This document shows positions 57,701 through 61,709 of a DNA stretch of 61,709 nucleotides, piece after piece. A program made the position numbers and the translations under genes. Below the pieces are notes generated by a model. The model was given only the letters and a program-made list of their open reading frames with translations. It was not told the DNA's origin and did not search any database. The stretch lies in assembly GCA_037447435.1 (NCBI GenBank), contig JBBIGR010000031.1, positions 1 to 61,709 of the forward strand. The letters are read 5' to 3'. The first letter of the stretch is position 1, and the number at the start of each line of letters is the position of its first letter. This DNA comes from Fibrobacteria bacterium (lineage in GTDB: Bacteria; Fibrobacterota; Chitinivibrionia; Chitinivibrionales; FEN-1185).

Positions 57701-59869
57701 GGGGGAATGATAACGTCTCTTGAACACCTGTCGTATATTGCAATGGCACGCGGCGAAATAAATAAGTGCAAAGAAATAATGACGGCGGAACTGGAATTGA
57801 GCCAAGATTATAATGATTTACGGGGTGAAATACTTGCCAAAAGGATGATTCTATTATCGAATTTGCTGCTTTCGATCGATCCGCCTGAATCGGTTCAGGA
57901 CTTAGTCAAAATACAGGATCATTTCCATGACGCATTAATGAAAACGGTAACAAATGTGTCTTTCGTTGCCTCGCATATTTGTCTGAACAATTTAAAGGAT
58001 GCGTATAGAATTGCAAAAGAGAGTATTTCTGTAATAAAAGACAAAAGTATCAATCAAGAATATATTGCCCCGATATATTCATTAATTTGCGATGTTTTGG
58101 TCTTGGAATATAGAGCAAGAAAAGGCGAAGATAAGAATAAGCAACTTACTATTTCCGACAAGCAAATTCTTTCGGAGTTATCTCAATATTCATTAATGGC
58201 TTTTTTGCGGGGACTGATTTATCCTGCGCATTTGGGTTCTGCCTATCGTAGTTTGGCATGGAAATTTGCTTTAAAAGGTCATGTAAAAATAGCGCAATAT
58301 TTTTATAAAAAAGCAATTAAAAAACACCATGCATTAGGCATGAAATATGAAGAGGCGAAATCAATAAGGGATTACGGCTTTTTTCTTGATGATCAAGGTT
58401 TCCCCGGCGATGCACGGGATCAGTATAATTCGGCCTATGCGATGTTTCATTTTTGCGGTGCAACCCTTGAAACCGACAGGTTGAGGGATTTTGTCGATAT
58501 AATCGTGGTTGAAAATAAAAAGAACGCCAAAACAAATCCGGTAAAAGTCGAGACAACAACCGCCGATATCAGTCAAATCAGGCTTGATACGTTGTACGAA
58601 TTAAGCAATTCGATGCGGGACATAGACGATATCGATATCCTTGTAAAACAAATTCTTGCCGCGATGATAAAGGCGACGGGCGCGCAATACGGTGTTTTGT
58701 ATTTAAGCGGCGAAGAACAAAACTCCTTTTCGATGAAGACCCTTGCCATGAATTTTGAAGGCAAGCTGCTCACGTCGGATGAAGTGTATTGTTCCCATAA
58801 AATCATTCAGGAATCGCTCGAAAAGAAACAGATCATCCTTGTGAAGACTCCGCTTCACGAAGGATTGGAAAATGATGAAACCGAAAGAGTCCGGTCGGTT
58901 TTATGTGTTCCGTTGTTCCACGGTGAAACCTGTCAGGGATATATTTATTTGGCCAATAATATGGTATCCAGTCTTTTTTCGGAAAGTGCCAAGAAGGCTG
59001 CGCAAATTCTTTCTCGACAAGCTGATTCCTTACTGCAAAACGCCAGTTTGATGGAAGAATTCAAACGCCTGAACAGAAATTTGCAGAAAAAAGTCCGGGA
59101 GCAAACGACCGACATCCAGGACAAGAACAAACAGCTCGAAGAATATAATGTCAAGGTTGTGGAATCGGAAAGAATGAAAGGTCTTTTAACCGGTACGTTG
59201 GTGCACGATATTAAAAATTTCATTGCCGGCATTGAGGGAAATGCAACGTTGCTTGGCAGGTTTTATGAAAATGATCCTAAAATTAAAAAAACGGTACGTA
59301 TTGTTTCCGATTGCTGCAGCGGCATCGTAAGCCTGGCGTCCAATTTGCTCGACATCGGCAAAATGGAGGAGGGACGGCTTATTTTAAAAAAAGAGAATAT
59401 CGGTATTAAAGAGATGTTTTCGATAGGGGAGCAATTAAAACAGAATGCAATGTTCGAGGAAAAAAGCATTACGGTTACAATCGTGGATAAAACCGACATG
59501 AGGTTTTCCATTCATGCAGATTATTACCTTGTCGATCGGGTTTTGCAGAACCTGTTTTCAAATGCGATTAAATATACGCCTGTTAACGGCAGAGTTGAAT
59601 TGACTTTCGAAGAAAACGATAATGAATTCATTGTTTGTTGTTACAATACGGGTTCGCCTATACCCCTCGACGACCAGCCTACTTTGTTCGACAAATATGC
59701 CAGAGTTGAAAACAAATCGTCTCAATATTCAAAAGGATTGGGCCTGTTTTTTGGAAAGATGGTTATGAATGCGCATGATGGACGTATTTGGGTTGTATCT
59801 GATACTACAGGCAACTATTTCAAACTTGCTTTTAAAAAACTTCCTAATATCCCCTCATCCGTCGCTTAA
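54728..59869 (+). CDS. Multidomain Ser/Thr kinase - AAA/STAND ATPase - TPR-like - GAF - histidine kinase sensor
   Basis: HCDVNPYN, DFG, SPEQ, RSDLY; Walker A GKSGVGKT, Walker B FLDDVQW, EGNPF, FIHDKVQE; GAF RSVLCVPL; LVHDIKN, NLFSNAIKY, GLGL. Confidence 0.92.
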   Translation: MPPTGTFSREFDIVNIVSSSQDSEVVLTRKKETGEQFILKSLNETNGNSNDLVSRKLRFKREVDIVSSFEHPRIAKPAETFTDDKNISILYPYKNGKTLAKIIEETSMFSIDDTLLYIYQILDALEYIHSRSIIHCDVNPYNIYVDENRGVELLDFGLSMTEEEAQKLPEGQIIGTIPFLSPEQMGFTDFKIDFRSDLYCAGIILYQLLTGRQPFPINNNSLAELLDSTLKTEVKPIKNIPAYLNKIVLKSLKATQEDRYQTASGFKYDIEMASKAIKEEGSKTFIPGEKDAILAVNKARIFVAREDEINSLKQGLKQLNLGIGSSFLLYGKSGVGKTEIVRQFRHSVDESKTLFLSSKCNRFSVSQPFATIRHTVLDFFAKAVGKNEDKRYELKYVLSNKLSEFSGLLCLLIPELKPYFEKIGGLNNVEKERETDRIVYVLSKLLLTLTETQSTIVFLDDVQWIDQISYEILKKTMVQNPVCCIIMNYRISGSQTEPHFFNDDIKRLPIHKTIPIKPFSLLEARDLISFHVGRIQDSEKLAEVLFAKSEGNPFTLVEATRYLVNTGILLQGHQGWYFHSAEINKLPDKFDTVSLVISKLGDLTDQETKVLWLASLIQGKFNTTLLMKIINCEKIFIDKTIQKLDSLGFIVRKSNNDCHFIHDKVQESVSSRIPKDISFDYNERIALEFEIHAKDNPDLIYSAAEYYLKSKNISKAVDISYKAAKHATEKIAFDVATRYFRNVTLMAGQCEQLKLPIIVDLTTAQMDFANVLMLTGRNQQALNIYHKLIQNENGLKTYQLLEIKFRIGSIYHTMGKFDDSIKYLVDALDSLGIRLPSNKALVVVYLLSEIVVQALHSFGLKYLMPKKKSKYIKLSIRILNKLSYSFYFKDLVFTMLTHFRAMNMSDSLEDCFEKAETYAYHVVPAFLMLLKKRSLKYFKKSLFIANRISHVDIQAIARNFGGISQYYNAKWKNAESLLKESIDNYKSIGNSGGMITSLEHLSYIAMARGEINKCKEIMTAELELSQDYNDLRGEILAKRMILLSNLLLSIDPPESVQDLVKIQDHFHDALMKTVTNVSFVASHICLNNLKDAYRIAKESISVIKDKSINQEYIAPIYSLICDVLVLEYRARKGEDKNKQLTISDKQILSELSQYSLMAFLRGLIYPAHLGSAYRSLAWKFALKGHVKIAQYFYKKAIKKHHALGMKYEEAKSIRDYGFFLDDQGFPGDARDQYNSAYAMFHFCGATLETDRLRDFVDIIVVENKKNAKTNPVKVETTTADISQIRLDTLYELSNSMRDIDDIDILVKQILAAMIKATGAQYGVLYLSGEEQNSFSMKTLAMNFEGKLLTSDEVYCSHKIIQESLEKKQIILVKTPLHEGLENDETERVRSVLCVPLFHGETCQGYIYLANNMVSSLFSESAKKAAQILSRQADSLLQNASLMEEFKRLNRNLQKKVREQTTDIQDKNKQLEEYNVKVVESERMKGLLTGTLVHDIKNFIAGIEGNATLLGRFYENDPKIKKTVRIVSDCCSGIVSLASNLLDIGKMEEGRLILKKENIGIKEMFSIGEQLKQNAMFEEKSITVTIVDKTDMRFSIHADYYLVDRVLQNLFSNAIKYTPVNGRVELTFEENDNEFIVCCYNTGSPIPLDDQPTLFDKYARVENKSSQYSKGLGLFFGKMVMNAHDGRIWVVSDTTGNYFKLAFKKLPNIPSSVA

Positions 59870-59911
59870 TTCCGTAAACTATTTTTTTTCCTATCAATTC
59901 AGGAGTCGAGT

Positions 59912-60253
59912 ATGCCCGTTGTACTTAAAACAGCGTTATTATTGGTAGTTTCAAATGTTTTCATGACCTTTGCCTGGTATGCTCATTTGCGAAATCTTTT
60001 AGATCGGAAATGGTATATCGCCGCAGTCATAAGTTGGTCAATCGCGTTTTTTGAATATATGGTTCAAGTGCCGGCAAATCGAATAGGGTTTACCGCTTTA
60101 AATCTTGGCCAACTTAAAATTCTTCAAGAAGTTGTTACGCTTGCAGTATTTGTCCCATTTGCAATTCTCTATATGAAATCTCCGATACGTTTGAATTTCC
60201 TCTGGGCAGGCTTGTGTCTCATTGGTGCCGTCTATTTTATTTTTAAAGCCTGA
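59912..60253 (+). CDS. DMT-superfamily small membrane protein (DUF486-like)
   Basis: SNVFMTFAWYAHL, SWSIAFFEYMVQVPANRIG, QLKILQEV. Confidence 0.88.
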   Translation: MPVVLKTALLLVVSNVFMTFAWYAHLRNLLDRKWYIAAVISWSIAFFEYMVQVPANRIGFTALNLGQLKILQEVVTLAVFVPFAILYMKSPIRLNFLWAGLCLIGAVYFIFKA

Positions 60254-60277
60254 TTTATCAAATATATAAAATAATGC

Positions 60278-60337
60278 TTGAAATATTATTTTTAAATGTG
60301 TATATTATACATGTGGGCGTTTGTAGATATACACATT
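60278..60337 (+). promoter_or_regulatory. lexA promoter with overlapping inverted repeat (candidate SOS operator region)
   Basis: TTGAAA-N17-TATATT; AATGTGTATAT (60295-60305) and ATATACACATT (60327-60337) form a perfect 11-bp inverted repeat. Confidence 0.6.
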
Positions 60338-60352
60338 GAAGACTGAGGAAAC

Positions 60353-61000
60353 ATGGAGCTATATCAAGACGAACTGTATGAAAGCCTGACTGAAAAACAG
60401 CGAAAGGTTTTGCTTTTTATTGAAGAACAGTATGTTGAAAATGGATGTGTTCCAACGTATGAGCAAATCGCATTAAAATTCAAATGGAATTCTGTCAATT
60501 CGGTAACAAATCATATTGCAGCGTTACGCGAAAAGGGCTTTATTTCGCTTAATAAAGGCCGTAATAGGCAGATGTCGCCGCTTCGGGTAGAACGTAAACG
60601 TTTTGATCAAAGCACTAAAATTCCGCTTTTGGGTTCTATTGCAGCTGGAATGCCTATCGAAGCAATTGAAAATGTAGATACATGGCTTGAAATGGATGCG
60701 TTAGGGGTTTCCAATGAAAAGGGTGATAAATTTGCTTTGCGCGTAAAAGGTAATTCCATGATAAATAGAGGAATACGAACGAATGATGTTGTTATAATTC
60801 AGAAACAGTCCTTTGTGACGCAAAAGGATGTTGCAGCAGTAAGGGTCGGAAACGATGTGACGCTTAAATATGTTAAGCAGGAAGCAACATGTATTAAACT
60901 GATTCCCGATAATGATTTTATGGCACCTATAATTGTCGATCCTCGTGAAGATTTTGCCGTTATGGGCAAAGTTATTAAACTTTTCAGAGATGAAGTTTAA
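60353..61000 (+). CDS. lexA: SOS repressor LexA
   Basis: LTEKQRKVL..PTYEQIA winged HTH; IAAGMP Ala-Gly cleavage site; GNSM catalytic Ser; VTLK catalytic Lys. Confidence 0.93.
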   Translation: MELYQDELYESLTEKQRKVLLFIEEQYVENGCVPTYEQIALKFKWNSVNSVTNHIAALREKGFISLNKGRNRQMSPLRVERKRFDQSTKIPLLGSIAAGMPIEAIENVDTWLEMDALGVSNEKGDKFALRVKGNSMINRGIRTNDVVIIQKQSFVTQKDVAAVRVGNDVTLKYVKQEATCIKLIPDNDFMAPIIVDPREDFAVMGKVIKLFRDEV

Positions 61001-61029
61001 ATTCCAATATAAACCTAGGAGCTCTTAGT

Positions 61030-61497
61030 ATGGCAATTGTAAATTTTGCTGCACAAAATACCGAATCAACGGTGATTTTACGAAAAAAAGCATCTGCAAG
61101 CGAAGGAGTCATTTGGGCGAACTTATCACGAGGAGTTTGCGGTGTTTGGTTTCGAAGACGTTACCCTATTGGGAATCATATCGTTGATTTTTATTGCCGG
61201 AAACTCAAGCTAATCATTGAGATCAGTAAAACAGGTGAACCTAAGGAACGGGATTTGTATTTTAGGGCCTCTGGCTATACCGTACTTCGGTTTTCAGACA
61301 CCGACATTAGCAATCGGTTACCGCACGTTATTTCTTCCATTCATTCTGCTATCCGGTTTACAAAAATGCATTTACGTTTTGCCGCAATAATTGAAAAAAT
61401 AGTTTTCTTTCCTCAAATAGTTTTGTCCAAAAAAATAGGAAAAAAAGAAATACGGACTGCCTATGCCGATTGCTACAGGCTATCAACTGCTCATTAA
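61030..61497 (+). CDS. DUF559 (Vsr-like endonuclease fold) protein, apparently degenerate
   Basis: SEGVIW, FRRRYPIGNHIVDFYC..KLIIEI, RDLYFRASGYTVLRFS. Confidence 0.7.
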   Translation: MAIVNFAAQNTESTVILRKKASASEGVIWANLSRGVCGVWFRRRYPIGNHIVDFYCRKLKLIIEISKTGEPKERDLYFRASGYTVLRFSDTDISNRLPHVISSIHSAIRFTKMHLRFAAIIEKIVFFPQIVLSKKIGKKEIRTAYADCYRLSTAH

Positions 61498-61709
61498 ATT
61501 GAAATGAAGGCCGTTATTCTGTCTCGCCCTAAATTATTCTTTTAGTATCGTTGCAAAGGCTAAAAGAAAAACCTCTCCTCTTAGGGAAGAGACAGAATTG
61601 GCCGTGTTCATTTAGTAGGTGTATCCTGCCGGAAAACAAATTCTTTCATATTATGACGGCGCGTTTTTGAGTCAATGTCCGATTTTAGTTTAAATTAATC
61701 TCAAACTGC

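Overview
61.7 kb of bacterial chromosome with no integrase, transposase or CRISPR. Secreted glycoside hydrolases with C-terminal sorting-type domains, Ig-rich lipoproteins and the flagellar gene order suggest an FCB-group organism, plausibly Fibrobacterota (Chitinivibrionia-like); this taxonomy is inference. Left part: a partial Ig-domain lipoprotein missed by the ORF track, a chitobiase-type GH9, a hybrid histidine kinase with a CheY-like regulator, a methyltransferase, an HD-GYP protein, tRNA-Leu(CAA), tandem GH30 paralogues duplicated with promoter and terminator, a Ser/Thr kinase with a degenerate-GGDEF partner, tRNA-Ser(GCT), a divergent glgP coupled to ptsI, and a split REC/HD-GYP pair. 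Middle: a large flagellar cluster preceded by a sigma54 promoter and IHF sites (fliK to fliA, with no motAB here and a cadherin-like lipoprotein between flhB and flhA). Right: the most interesting locus (47854-59869), encoding a REC-histidine kinase, a START/SRPBCC-PilZ-PilZ fusion, a cyanobacterial-type acyl-ACP reductase, an ACP, a non-canonical adenylate-forming enzyme, a ThDP-dependent enzyme and a 1713-aa Ser/Thr kinase-AAA-GAF-His kinase. It looks like a fatty-aldehyde/acyloin biosynthesis cassette wired to sensing and c-di-GMP. A DMT protein, lexA and a degenerate DUF559 gene follow.
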